NCBI GenBank assembly: GCA_049570475.1
Contig: CP186953.1
Span: 448,001 to 512,000 of the forward strand
DNA from: Candidatus Methanosuratincola verstraetei
GTDB lineage: Archaea > Thermoproteota > Methanomethylicia > Methanomethylicales > Methanomethylicaceae
Length of the DNA: 64,000 nt
Reading direction: 5' to 3'
The notes under the pieces: model-generated
Seen by the model: only the letters and a program-made list of their open reading frames with translations
Database searches by the model: none
What the model was told of the DNA's origin: nothing
Program-made: the position numbers and the translations under genes
In this document: positions 46,413 through 56,380 of the stretch, piece after piece
Layout of the letters: each line of letters starts with the position of its first letter
How positions within the stretch are numbered: the stretch's first letter is position 1

Positions 46413-49301
46413 CTACTCAATGTATATTGCAGGTCGAAGGGGTGCAGCTTGCCCCGCCTTGCCCTTGGGATCGTACCTCGGCGAGTCCGCGCTCTGCACC
46501 TCGACCTTGCACTTGAAGTACTCCGAAAGGAAGCCAACGCATTCCCCGATGAAAGTAACCTCATCAACCCCAGAGTTCCTAAGGATCTTTTTCCGATCCT
46601 CCTTGGGCAAGGTTATGGCGCAGGAGGAGATGGCATTGATGAATTTTGCGGCCTCGCCGCTCCTCTTCCTTATCTCCGGGTCCTTCATCAGCTCTCTTAT
46701 GAGTGCCTTTGGGTCAACCCCAGAATCCAACGCCGAGAGGGCTTTGAGGTATATCTCCCACTTCCACTTTGGCGAGGTATAGTAGCATATTCGGGTTGGG
46801 GAGATGCCGGTCACGCGGATGATCTCGGCAGTGTCGCAGACCAAGGATTTCAAAAGATCCTCCGCTATCTCGTCCTTCTCTGATATGAGCGACTGATCGG
46901 CTGACGGGTATGGAGCTACTGAAACAAACCCCTGCCTCCCGAACCGCTCCCAGATCTCCTCGCATATGTGCGGGGCGAATGGCGCCATCAACTTCACGAT
47001 CGCCTCGAGGACGTACTTAACGATCGACCTGGTCTTCGGGTCGCTGCAGCGGTCGGCACGGCGCCGCATGTACCACTGCAGATCCTGCTGGAGCATGTAG
47101 AACGCGCAGTGTATCGCCTCCCTCATCCTGAGGGACTGCATCAAGGAGTCCGCTTGGGACACCACCCGCTGGACCCTGCTGATCATCCATTTGTCGAGGT
47201 GGTCTGCGGAGGAAATATCTGGCGAGCCGGCATCGGCATACGAGCAGCAGAGGTCGTAGAATTCCAAGAGCTTGGATCGGACGCTCCTAGCTTGGGAGTC
47301 GCTGAAGTCTGCGTCCTGCAGGAGCTCCGAGGCCGAGAGTATCGAGGTCCTAAGCGTGTCGGCTCCGTAGATCCTTATCGCCTTATGGAGCGGGATGATA
47401 TTGCCAAGGGACTTTGACATCTTCTTTCCGTCCATAAGCACGCTGCCGTTGACGGCTATCTGCCTTGGCCAATGCTGCTCCGGGAATATGGCGACATGGT
47501 TGAAGATGAAGAAGGTCAAGTGGTTCGGGACGAGATCCCTGCCCGAGTGCCGGCTGTCCAAGGGATAGAAGTAATTGAACTCATTGCGCATCTCCTCCAA
47601 GACGTCCCTCTCGATAGGAAGGGCGGACGGGTCTCCCCTCCCGTAGAAGATGTAGTCGAAGACTTCATCCGTGAGGGCGGACGGGTCCACTTTGCGTTCG
47701 TTGATTACCTTCGATATCGTGTAGAACGCCATATAGATCGTCGAGTCTGAGAGGCTTTCAATCACCCATTCTCTGTCCCATGGCAACCTCGTGCCAAGCC
47801 CGGCCCTCCTCGCGCAGGCTTTCTCCTTCAGCCATTCCACAACGTTCTCGAACTCCTGCCGGAGGTCGTCGGGTACAAGGGACATAGACTTCAGGTGCTT
47901 CCTCACCTTTTCTTTCCAGGCCTCGTCAGCATAGTTGATGAACCACTGATCCTCAACAAGATTGACGGTGACCTCGGCGCCGCACCTGCAGTAGACGGGC
48001 CCGTTGATTATTTCGTAGAAGGGAAAGGCCCTTTTGCTGGAGACAAGATCCTGCTTTATCCTGTCCTTTGCCTTGCTGACCGGCATGCCAGCATACTCCC
48101 CGGTAGTCGGCAGCATCCTAGCAAGGTGGAACTCCTTCTGGTAGAGCTCCTTAGTGGCGATCTCGCCCTTCGGATCACGCTGGTCCTTGACGCCAAGCCT
48201 CTTCACGACATCCTCAGCCGGAACGGTTGAGAACCCTTCGAGCGCGACGACTGGGATCGGCTCTATGGCGGCAATCTCACGCTGATCAAGGCCATATGAT
48301 CGGATCGCATCGGCATTTGACTTAAGTTCCCGGAGGGCGAGCAGGTCATAGGGCGCATGTGCAGGCACTGACATCACCACCCCGGTGGCGTTGTTGGGAT
48401 CCACAAACTCGGCGGGGAGCACTGGCACGTCAGCGCCCGTAACTGGGTTCGCCGCATGCCTGCCCACCAACTCAGATCCAGGGAGATCCCTTATGCGTTC
48501 AACCTTCGGCATCATCCCCTTGAGCTTTTGGAGGGCCCTTTCGCTGACTATCATGCGCTCCCCGTCAACATTGACCTCCACATACTTGGCGTTCGGATTT
48601 ATCCAAATATTGGTCACGCCGAAGATGGTTTCGGGGCGGAGTGTAGCGACAGGTAAGCTAATGTCGCCCATCCTGAATTTTATAGCCACGAACTCAACTA
48701 CCTCTGGCTCCAGATCACCTTTAGTGTCATGCTGCCCCACCGGACTCATGCAGGAAGGGCACCAGCCGACGGGGTGAGCCCCTTTTGTGATAAGGCCGGC
48801 TGAGAGGAGCTTTCTGAACTGCCATTCGATGAATTTGGAGTATGCCGGGTCAATTGTGGTGAATTCCCGCCTCCAGTCGATCGAGAAGCCCATCGCCTGC
48901 ATGCCGAGCTTTATGTCCCGGTGGAAGTACCTGGCTATGTTCAGTGGATCCTTGAATGATTCTATCGAGCCCGGGTCTACCCCATAAAGTCGCAGGAAGA
49001 CATCTATCAGCTCGGAGTCGTTTGCGGACACTCTCTTGCTCATCGCAAGTATCGGGGTGCCGGTGTAGTGGAAAGCCATCGGCAGCAGCGTGTTATATCC
49101 TTTCATGCGCATGTACCTGGCGTGCGCATCAGCCAATGTGTAGGTCCTCGCGTGCCCTATATGCTGGGGCGAGTTAGGGTAAGGGTATGCGACGGTGACG
49201 TAATATTTCGGCTTCTTTGGGTCAGGATCGGCCTCGAATATCTTGGCCTCGCTCCAGCGTCTCTGCCACTTATCCTCAAGACTCTTGAGATCGAGGGACA
49301 T
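46413..49301 (-). CDS. leuS: Leucyl-tRNA synthetase
   Basis: PYPN..QHIGH, TLRPET editing domain, IESLSDSTIY, KMSKS. Confidence 0.97.
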   Translation of the reverse strand: MSLDLKSLEDKWQRRWSEAKIFEADPDPKKPKYYVTVAYPYPNSPQHIGHARTYTLADAHARYMRMKGYNTLLPMAFHYTGTPILAMSKRVSANDSELIDVFLRLYGVDPGSIESFKDPLNIARYFHRDIKLGMQAMGFSIDWRREFTTIDPAYSKFIEWQFRKLLSAGLITKGAHPVGWCPSCMSPVGQHDTKGDLEPEVVEFVAIKFRMGDISLPVATLRPETIFGVTNIWINPNAKYVEVNVDGERMIVSERALQKLKGMMPKVERIRDLPGSELVGRHAANPVTGADVPVLPAEFVDPNNATGVVMSVPAHAPYDLLALRELKSNADAIRSYGLDQREIAAIEPIPVVALEGFSTVPAEDVVKRLGVKDQRDPKGEIATKELYQKEFHLARMLPTTGEYAGMPVSKAKDRIKQDLVSSKRAFPFYEIINGPVYCRCGAEVTVNLVEDQWFINYADEAWKEKVRKHLKSMSLVPDDLRQEFENVVEWLKEKACARRAGLGTRLPWDREWVIESLSDSTIYMAFYTISKVINERKVDPSALTDEVFDYIFYGRGDPSALPIERDVLEEMRNEFNYFYPLDSRHSGRDLVPNHLTFFIFNHVAIFPEQHWPRQIAVNGSVLMDGKKMSKSLGNIIPLHKAIRIYGADTLRTSILSASELLQDADFSDSQARSVRSKLLEFYDLCCSYADAGSPDISSADHLDKWMISRVQRVVSQADSLMQSLRMREAIHCAFYMLQQDLQWYMRRRADRCSDPKTRSIVKYVLEAIVKLMAPFAPHICEEIWERFGRQGFVSVAPYPSADQSLISEKDEIAEDLLKSLVCDTAEIIRVTGISPTRICYYTSPKWKWEIYLKALSALDSGVDPKALIRELMKDPEIRKRSGEAAKFINAISSCAITLPKEDRKKILRNSGVDEVTFIGECVGFLSEYFKCKVEVQSADSPRYDPKGKAGQAAPLRPAIYIE

Positions 49302-49348
49302 GAAACCATCTCCAGCTCATTTGAAGCCATCCAATCGGAAAGGACAGA

Positions 49349-52117
49349 TCAACTAATTGCCTTAAGGATGCCCTTAAGCCTTACCGCAGCACTCTCGAAG
49401 TCGCCCAGGGAAGACAGGGGGACCCGCCCCTGACCTAGGTCCTGCTTCCCCCCTCCCTTGCCTGACATAGACTTTGCTAGCTCGGCGGCTATCCTCCCTG
49501 CATCTGCACCCGACTTTATGGCAGAGTCGCCTGCCATCACTAGCACCCCCCCATCGATCGAGGAGGCGAAAAACGCAACTGCGTTGGGGTCTTTGGCCAC
49601 AAGGGCTGATCCGATCGCAAGCAGATCCTCGCTACGGAGGGTGCCAAAAAGGCGGCAGTACAACCTGAGGCGGCTCAACTCCTCAGCTGAAGGCACGAGG
49701 GAAGGCAAGATCTCGGCTGCCAGGGCCTTCCTGAGGCGCTCGATTGTCTTCTTTGAGTCGGAGAGGGATGACATAAGCCCCTCAGCAGACTTCTCCAGCC
49801 TGTCGGCAGGCGTGTTCAGGATTGCGGATATGCGATCGATCCGAGACTCAAGGCCCTGCACGTATGCAAGCGCAGCCGGCCCTGAAGCGAACTCGATCCG
49901 CTCTACCCCGTCCTGTATCCTCTCTGCCCGTATTATCTTCAGGAATCCTATCTCGCCAGTATTCGAGCAGTGCATCCCGCCGCACGCCTCGACGTCCCAA
50001 CCATCCACCTCCACGACCCTTATCGTCGGTCCATAGACGACCCCGCCCTGGTAGAGGCGCATCCCGAATTTTTGCTCGGCCTTGTTCCGCTCCTCGAAGT
50101 ATGCTCTTATTGGGCGGCACTCCTCTATAACTCGGTTTGCAACCGACTCTATCTCGCGGAGCTGCTCGGCGGTTATCTTCTCGAAGTGCGAGATGTCCAG
50201 CCGGCTCCTCTCTACGTACTTCTGCGCACCCTCCTGCCAGACGTGATCCCCAAGGACTTTCCTCGCAGCGCCTAGCAGTATATGCGTGGAAGAGTGATGC
50301 CTCTGCAAGCTCGCCCTCCTTTCCCAGTCCACCTCGCACTCGACTTCGTCCCCAGGAGCCAAGACGCCCCCGTTCTCGACCAAGTGGACGACGATCCCCC
50401 TCGACTTCAGCGCCTTCTTTACTTGGACAATCGAGCCTCCCCTTCTCATTGTCCCAGCATCACTCAGCTGCCCACCGCCCTCCGGGTAGAATATCGTCCT
50501 GTCAAGGACGACTCTGCCTGGATCTGCATACACGACCTTGCAGCGCAGCTTTTTCAGCCCAGGCTGCTCGTAATAGACGAGTTTGGTCTCGGGCAGCGCC
50601 GGAAGGCCCTCAAACGGGCGGCTATCATCACCACGATCTTCGCCCTTCGGGGGGCCCGCTTTTGAGGCGCCTGCATGCCTCTCCGCCACTATTGTGTCGA
50701 ATGTGTCCGGGATCTCCACAGATATGCCCTGCGCCTCGCAGATCTCCTTCACGACCTCTGGAGGCAGGCCGTTCGAGTCGTAGAGCTCTATCAGCTTCTC
50801 AACAGGCAGCCTCTTGGTCTCTCTGATCCCCTTGAGGTTGAGCAGCCTCCCGACGAGTGCCTTGCCCTGATCGATTGTCCTCTCGTATCGCTCCAGCTCG
50901 AGGTCGCAGACCTTCTTAATGTAGTCCGCGCGCTCTGAGAGCTCTGGGAACTGCCCCCTCCAGTGATCCACCTGCATTAGAAGGAGGTCAGAAAGGCTGG
51001 ACCTGATTCCTAGCGACTGCATGATCCTGTGCGTGCGCCTGATCAGCAGCCTTGCCAGGTATCCGGCCTTGACATTCGAGGGCACAATGCCGTCGCCCAG
51101 CATGAACGCAAGGGTCTTCGTGTGGTCGAGGACTGCCATCGCTTTCTCGAGCGGGGAGAGAATCCTCTCCAAGGAGTCTGGGTCCGTGCCGATCTTCTCG
51201 GCTACCTTAGCACGAGTGGCGCGCAGCGATCCTGTATCAACAATGTTCATCAAGCCGGCGTACTTCGTGCTCTCAGCGAGTATCTCCCCTTCGGGCATCT
51301 CCACACCGGCTATCGAGAGAAGATCGCTGAAAAGCTTCCCGTAAACTGCCTGGAACGCAGTAGGGGTTCCCTGGGAGATCCATGTGAAGCGCTCAAGCCC
51401 GTATCCAGTGTCGACTATCCTGATCGGGAGCTCACGGTATTCGCCCCCAACTTTCCTGTATTGCATGAATACCAAGGTGGAAAGCTCTATACCCCTCACA
51501 ATCCCCTCAAGGTCTGGTCCGGCGTCGCCACCACCCTCCCACCAGTGTTCTATGTAGGATATCTCCTCCCCAGCTATACCCAGCTCTTTGGTGAGAAACT
51601 CGTGGTGGTACTTCACGGTCTCTTCTTTCCAGTAGACCTCATTCTGATCGCTCGAAAAAGCATGGTGGGCCATCATCTCGAAGACGCTCATGTGTCGCCC
51701 TCCGGTCTTCCCCACGTTGTCCAAGTCGTTCATCCTTATGCACGGCTGTGAGATGGCAAGGGGGTTGAAGGGGGGCGGAACCTCCCCGCTTGTGACATGG
51801 GGCTGGAAGCATGCGATCGAGGCGATTGTCAGGAATATGTCTTCTCTCCACCTGGCGACAACTGGATAGCGCCTAACCCTTGCGTGCCCATTCCTCTCGA
51901 AGAAGGAGAGGAAAGCCTCGCGCATCTCCCCAATGCTGTACGCCTTTTTGGTTGGCGGTTCGCCTATGAAGGAATAGGGCGTGCACGGAGAATCCCCGCA
52001 GATCTCCCTGTCTGGATCAATGGTCCAGAAATTTCGCCCGCAAGATTTGCATGTCTTCCTCAGGAAACCGTTCTCCTTGAAGAATTCTAGCCTGTAGGCC
52101 TCAGGTCCGGATATCAT
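49349..52117 (-). CDS. alaS: Alanyl-tRNA synthetase (archaeal type)
   Basis: YPVVARWR, FEMMAHH, DTGYGLER, editing HxxxH and CGG.H, C-terminal GKGGGK. Confidence 0.97.
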   Translation of the reverse strand: MISGPEAYRLEFFKENGFLRKTCKSCGRNFWTIDPDREICGDSPCTPYSFIGEPPTKKAYSIGEMREAFLSFFERNGHARVRRYPVVARWREDIFLTIASIACFQPHVTSGEVPPPFNPLAISQPCIRMNDLDNVGKTGGRHMSVFEMMAHHAFSSDQNEVYWKEETVKYHHEFLTKELGIAGEEISYIEHWWEGGGDAGPDLEGIVRGIELSTLVFMQYRKVGGEYRELPIRIVDTGYGLERFTWISQGTPTAFQAVYGKLFSDLLSIAGVEMPEGEILAESTKYAGLMNIVDTGSLRATRAKVAEKIGTDPDSLERILSPLEKAMAVLDHTKTLAFMLGDGIVPSNVKAGYLARLLIRRTHRIMQSLGIRSSLSDLLLMQVDHWRGQFPELSERADYIKKVCDLELERYERTIDQGKALVGRLLNLKGIRETKRLPVEKLIELYDSNGLPPEVVKEICEAQGISVEIPDTFDTIVAERHAGASKAGPPKGEDRGDDSRPFEGLPALPETKLVYYEQPGLKKLRCKVVYADPGRVVLDRTIFYPEGGGQLSDAGTMRRGGSIVQVKKALKSRGIVVHLVENGGVLAPGDEVECEVDWERRASLQRHHSSTHILLGAARKVLGDHVWQEGAQKYVERSRLDISHFEKITAEQLREIESVANRVIEECRPIRAYFEERNKAEQKFGMRLYQGGVVYGPTIRVVEVDGWDVEACGGMHCSNTGEIGFLKIIRAERIQDGVERIEFASGPAALAYVQGLESRIDRISAILNTPADRLEKSAEGLMSSLSDSKKTIERLRKALAAEILPSLVPSAEELSRLRLYCRLFGTLRSEDLLAIGSALVAKDPNAVAFFASSIDGGVLVMAGDSAIKSGADAGRIAAELAKSMSGKGGGKQDLGQGRVPLSSLGDFESAAVRLKGILKAIS

Positions 52118-52289
52118 CTGTGATTACCTTCGAATGACGGACTGATCCATAGTTGGACAGGGTAAATAAATCTGTTTTTGAAAGCATGGAAGGCTCAAAG
52201 AGAAGCCAGGAGCGGCACGGGAATAAAACGAAAATGGGGAAAATAGGGATGAAGGCGGGCCACTTCCGGCCCAAGGGCTTTGCTCCGGT

Positions 52290-52604
52290 TTATCCGAAGA
52301 GTGAGCCCAATCCTTCTGCGGTTTCTTCCTCGGAAGCTTCTTCCTTCTTCTCTTCCTTCTTCTCTTCCTTCTTTGCTTCTGCCGGGGCCTGAGCCGGCGC
52401 GGCTGCTGCTGGGGCTGCAGCAACAGGTACTGCTGCTGCTTTTATTGCCTCATCGATGTTGATCTCGCTGAGGGCTGCCACCAACGCCTTGACTCTGACC
52501 TCGTCTACTGCGACTCCTGCAGCAGAAAGCACATTCTTTACGTTTTCTTCGCTTATTGGCTGCTTCGCGTTGTGAAGAAGCATCCCGGCATAAATATATT
52601 CGAT
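52290..52604 (-). CDS. rpl12: 50S ribosomal stalk protein P1/L12, inferred ATC start (alternatives GTG 52613, TTG 52619)
   Basis: EYIYA..LLH N-terminus, Ala-rich hinge, acidic tail, GLGSLFG. Confidence 0.95.
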   Translation of the reverse strand: MEYIYAGMLLHNAKQPISEENVKNVLSAAGVAVDEVRVKALVAALSEINIDEAIKAAAVPVAAAPAAAAPAQAPAEAKKEEKKEEKKEEASEEETAEGLGSLFG

Positions 52605-52730
52605 CTTAATCACCCCCAAACAAGCGTAGAGTTATACGAAAACGTTTATACTTAAATCCTTCGCCTGAAAAAGTGGCGGAGTTTGTAGGTTCAGATCGCT
52701 GGAGAGCATTTGTTGCAAAGCCTTTGCACC

Positions 52731-53597
52731 TCATAGGTTCAGTTCCGGATGTTTCTTTGAGACCTCGGCAGCGAGTGCTTTTCCGCGAGAGGCTGCAACT
52801 GCGATCAGATCGTTCATTATTTCAGGTATTGGAACGCCTGCCTCGATTGCGACGCTCTTGGCCTCGCTGTACGCCTTTGCCACTATGAGGCTAATCGTCT
52901 CAGCAGTCGGGTACACTGCATTGACCGACAGGTTGAACGCCGATCTCGCCGCATCTGTGATCATTGAGCGGTACTCGTCGAGGTTCACTGCAAGCATTTC
53001 TCCAGGTATGACAATCCCGTCATATGCCATGCGCAGTTTCAGACCGACCAGTATTGGCTTAAGACCTAGTTTGCTGAGGAGGTCGGCTACATCTGCTGAG
53101 ATGACCTTGCCCTTCTCCACGACCGTCGTATCCTTGGCTATCCAGACTGTGCCATCCTGTATCTTCGTCGGGATCTTTGCGGCACCGAACTTGCTCAGTA
53201 TTGGACCTGGCTGAAGGCCGGTGTTTCCAGCGGTCACTACGATATCATTGGGAGCCATCTCGCCTGGCGATGCAGCTGACTCGACCTTGTTCTTCTCGAA
53301 CATGAAGTACATCTGGAATGGGTTCTTCTTTGAGAAGACGAAAGCATTCGGGCCTGACAAGTATTTCTCTACAGCCTCAAGGTCCTTGAAGCCCATCTCC
53401 TTCAGGGCTCTGGCAACCAAAGTGTTCTTCGATACATGGATCTCAAGGTCGTCCTTGAACTTCTTCTTGAGCAGCTGGAGCTGGTTCGCTTTCATGCCCT
53501 TTAGGTCAGCTATCGCGAATACGGGGTACTTCTCAAAGAGCTGTATCAGTCGCCGTACCCTCTCCTGTTTTTGAATGTTTGCGGTTTTCATTGACAT
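52731..53597 (-). CDS. rplP0: 50S ribosomal protein L10/P0
   Basis: KNTL, GNTG..PGP; SD GAGGTGA 5 nt before ATG. Confidence 0.95.
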   Translation of the reverse strand: MSMKTANIQKQERVRRLIQLFEKYPVFAIADLKGMKANQLQLLKKKFKDDLEIHVSKNTLVARALKEMGFKDLEAVEKYLSGPNAFVFSKKNPFQMYFMFEKNKVESAASPGEMAPNDIVVTAGNTGLQPGPILSKFGAAKIPTKIQDGTVWIAKDTTVVEKGKVISADVADLLSKLGLKPILVGLKLRMAYDGIVIPGEMLAVNLDEYRSMITDAARSAFNLSVNAVYPTAETISLIVAKAYSEAKSVAIEAGVPIPEIMNDLIAVAASRGKALAAEVSKKHPELNL

Positions 53598-53602
53598 GGC
53601 CC

Positions 53603-54247
53603 TCACCTCAATTTTGCTGGAGCGCCCATTGTAGTCTTTACTGCAAGCTTAGAAAGGTGCTGATCGAGCTTTATCTTGCGGTCGACAGTGGTCAAGACGG
53701 TCATTATGTTGTCGGCTATGGCAGCAGATGGCATTTCTTCCGAACCTACCCTGCACCTGACTGCGGGCTGATCCCTTATCCTGATGCGGATCGAGTTACG
53801 GTATTTCTTTATTATTGCATCAACGTTCGCATTCGGCGGAATCGGCTCTGGCATCTTTCCCCTTGGACCCAGCACGGTACCAAAGGTCTTGCCTACTAAA
53901 GCCATCAGGTCGGTCCTAGCCATGAAGTAATCGTAGGCCTCTGCAAGCTTCTTTATCGCTTTCTTGTTTCCTGCATACTGGTCTATCTCCTGCTTGGTTA
54001 TCACCAGATCCGCACCGGCCGACCTTGCCTTGGTCACTAGGTCACCATCAGCAATGACGCAGATCTTGTTTTCCCTGCCAGGACCGTGCGGCAGCGTGAC
54101 TAGCTCATTGATCCTATTCTCGGGCGACTTCACGTCGAGGTCCTTGAAACTCAGGAATAGCTCCACGGCTTGGACGAAATTCCGCTTTTTGGAGTTCTTC
54201 TTTGCCTCCTCGACTAGATTTACCAATTGCTTCTGATCAAGTTCCAT
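53603..54247 (-). CDS. rpl1: 50S ribosomal protein L1
   Basis: RNFVQAVEL, LPHG, LGPRGKMP, KTTMG. Confidence 0.96.
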   Translation of the reverse strand: MELDQKQLVNLVEEAKKNSKKRNFVQAVELFLSFKDLDVKSPENRINELVTLPHGPGRENKICVIADGDLVTKARSAGADLVITKQEIDQYAGNKKAIKKLAEAYDYFMARTDLMALVGKTFGTVLGPRGKMPEPIPPNANVDAIIKKYRNSIRIRIRDQPAVRCRVGSEEMPSAAIADNIMTVLTTVDRKIKLDQHLSKLAVKTTMGAPAKLR

Positions 54248-54746
54248 CGGATACTCCCTCCGCGGCATTTATCAGGTCGTCGTATACTCCCTCGGAGATC
54301 TCTTTCTGGACCTCCCTTGGATCTTTACCAGCTACGGTTACGCCGATCGAGACGCACGTTCCAAGGACTTCCTTGAGGCATGATTTCAGCGACCTTGCCA
54401 CCGAGAGGGGGTACCTCGTCTTGGCTATCTTAAGAGCCTGCTCAATACTGAGGTCTCCCACCTTTTCAGTCTTTGAGTTGCTGGAGCACTTCTCCAAGTG
54501 CAACTCCTTGACTATCAAGGCAGTGGTGGTAGGGACACCGACCTCGACCTCGAACTCCTTGGTTTCCGGGTCGGCGATAACCTTCACTGGAACTTTCATG
54601 CCCTCGAACTCCTTGGTCAACTCGTTTATCTTGTTGACGACGGACATGATGTTCAGCCCAGTCGGCCCAAGTGTCGGGCCGATAGGCGGACCTCCCGTCG
54701 CCTTTCCTCCATCAACCAAGAAGTTGAAGGTTTTTTTGGTTGTCAA
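54237..54746 (-). CDS. rpl11: 50S ribosomal protein L11
   Basis: GGKATGGPPIGP.LGP.G, KEV.GTC.S.G. Confidence 0.96.
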   Translation of the reverse strand: MTTKKTFNFLVDGGKATGGPPIGPTLGPTGLNIMSVVNKINELTKEFEGMKVPVKVIADPETKEFEVEVGVPTTTALIVKELHLEKCSSNSKTEKVGDLSIEQALKIAKTRYPLSVARSLKSCLKEVLGTCVSIGVTVAGKDPREVQKEISEGVYDDLINAAEGVSDGT

Positions 54747-54748
54747 GT

Positions 54749-55303
54749 TTATTCTTCCTCCAGTTCCTCGAAGGCTTTAAAGATGTCAGTCTTCTCCTCT
54801 CCCTTTGCGGCCTCGGCTTTCTCCTGAACCTTCGGTGGCTCACCGCGAGCGACTAGCTTCACCTGCTCAGCGTGCACGGTGATGGGCAGCGTATAGGGCG
54901 CCTCGAGCAATTCCAGGGTGACTTCGCTCTTAGTCTTGTCGACGCGAGTTACCTTTGCCTGCATCCCCTTGAACGGGCCGCCCACGATCTCGACCCTGTC
55001 GTTGACATCGACCATCTCAGCAGCCGGCTTAGGCATTATGAAGCGCAGCAAATCATCGAACTCGACCTTTCCGGGGATGCACCCCTTTATGTGCTTCACA
55101 TCCTCGATCGCAATGTTGACGACATTGGGCCCGCTCGCCTCGATGAAGACGTAGCCGCGCACGTCCTGGGGGGACACGACCGCCTTTATTGGGATGTTCT
55201 TCGACTTTGCGCGGCGTTCTATTAGCAGAGCAACGTTCTCCTCCTGACCTGCGGTTGTCCTTATGGCAAAGATTCTAGTCGACGCCGGCTGCCTCTCAGA
55301 CAA
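54749..55303 (-). CDS. spt5: Transcription elongation factor Spt5
   Basis: RTT.GQE.NV, GYVFIEA, KOW VEIVGGPFKG. Confidence 0.96.
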   Translation of the reverse strand: MSERQPASTRIFAIRTTAGQEENVALLIERRAKSKNIPIKAVVSPQDVRGYVFIEASGPNVVNIAIEDVKHIKGCIPGKVEFDDLLRFIMPKPAAEMVDVNDRVEIVGGPFKGMQAKVTRVDKTKSEVTLELLEAPYTLPITVHAEQVKLVARGEPPKVQEKAEAAKGEEKTDIFKAFEELEEE

Positions 55304-55309
55304 GCTAAG

Positions 55310-55486
55310 TTACCCCCTAATCCCAAGCAGCAGCGAGGCAATGAGCTGGATGATGAAGCCAAAGATCCCGACAGCGATCATCCCCAAGAAGCAGATCTTC
55401 AAAGATAGCTTAAGCTCGTCCATGTCCGGCTTCCTCGAGAGCTTCAGGACCTTGCCAATCGACCGCAAAGACTCGGATAGACCCAT
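55310..55486 (-). CDS. secE: Protein translocase SecE/Sec61-gamma (not in ORF track)
   Basis: Manual translation MGLSESLRSIGKVLKLSRKPDMDELKLSLKICFLGMIAVGIFGFIIQLIASLLLGIRG*; upstream of spt5. Confidence 0.92.
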   Translation of the reverse strand: MGLSESLRSIGKVLKLSRKPDMDELKLSLKICFLGMIAVGIFGFIIQLIASLLLGIRG

Positions 55487-55563
55487 CTCTACTCACCCAA
55501 TTATCCATGTGAGCAAAGGGCTATCAACTCAAGGCTCAATTTAAAGCTTTCCAAATTCGAAGC

Positions 55564-56364
55564 TCATACCTTGATCAGATCTGCGCCCAGGGATGGGGCG
55601 GAGGACCTCAGGCAGTCCTTTGCCTCCGAGGGCGTGCCCTTCCAGTCAACCAGCAGATATTTGCATTCCCCCAGAGTCCTCTCCTTGCATATTCTGAATA
55701 TGTTGGGGTCGAAGCCCTCGCACAGCACATACTTGGGCACGATGTGCCCAATATCAAAATCGCCATCAAGGATCAGCTTGGTGAACTTCTCGGAGTAGTG
55801 CCCCCCACCGACCCCAACCGCAACTTTGCCCCTCTGTTGATTGTTCAGCGAACGGTGGACTGCCGAGGCGACAATCTCTCCCAATGTGGCATCCCTCCAG
55901 GAATCCTCGTCGCTCCCGATCTCCACGAATGTGACCGGGAAATCCAGATCTGAGGGGCCATGGTGGGTGGCCTCAACGGTCACCTGCAATTCCACCCCAC
56001 GGCTATCGCACTCCTTGCGCATCGATCTGATCAGGGATGACTGGAGCCACGGGTTGGATATGCAGACGGCGCTTGGACGCCCCCCGTATTCGGCAGTGGT
56101 GCCTGGGTTGCCCGGCGTGTGTGCAGTGAGGCAGGGTTTGCCTGAAGAGCTCTTGTGCCTGGAAAGGCACAATGCCCACTCGACGCCATCGAGCCTGAGG
56201 TCGAGGTCTATGAGGCTGGAATCGAACTCAACCAGGAAGAGATCACCGTGAGCCCGAGCAAGCATCCCCCCGACCTCCGAGGTCGAGAATGGCAGGATCG
56301 CCTCGAGGTGCCTCGCTATGTTGACTCCGGCTGGGTCAGCGGCGGAGTAGATCAGCAGTTTCAA
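55564..56364 (-). CDS. dtdA: D-aminoacyl-tRNA deacylase (DTD2)
   Basis: SRH.S, LTAH.PGN, EATHHGP, FVEIGS, GGGHY. Confidence 0.95.
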   Translation of the reverse strand: MKLLIYSAADPAGVNIARHLEAILPFSTSEVGGMLARAHGDLFLVEFDSSLIDLDLRLDGVEWALCLSRHKSSSGKPCLTAHTPGNPGTTAEYGGRPSAVCISNPWLQSSLIRSMRKECDSRGVELQVTVEATHHGPSDLDFPVTFVEIGSDEDSWRDATLGEIVASAVHRSLNNQQRGKVAVGVGGGHYSEKFTKLILDGDFDIGHIVPKYVLCEGFDPNIFRICKERTLGECKYLLVDWKGTPSEAKDCLRSSAPSLGADLIKV

Positions 56365-56380
56365 GCCCTACACCAGCAGC

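Noticed and set aside
54170-54220. L1 autoregulatory mRNA site inside rpl1 (GAGGAGGC...GCGGAATTTCG)
   Set aside because: Resemblance to the Methanococcus site is explained by the conserved EA...RNF peptide, and the pairing is weak
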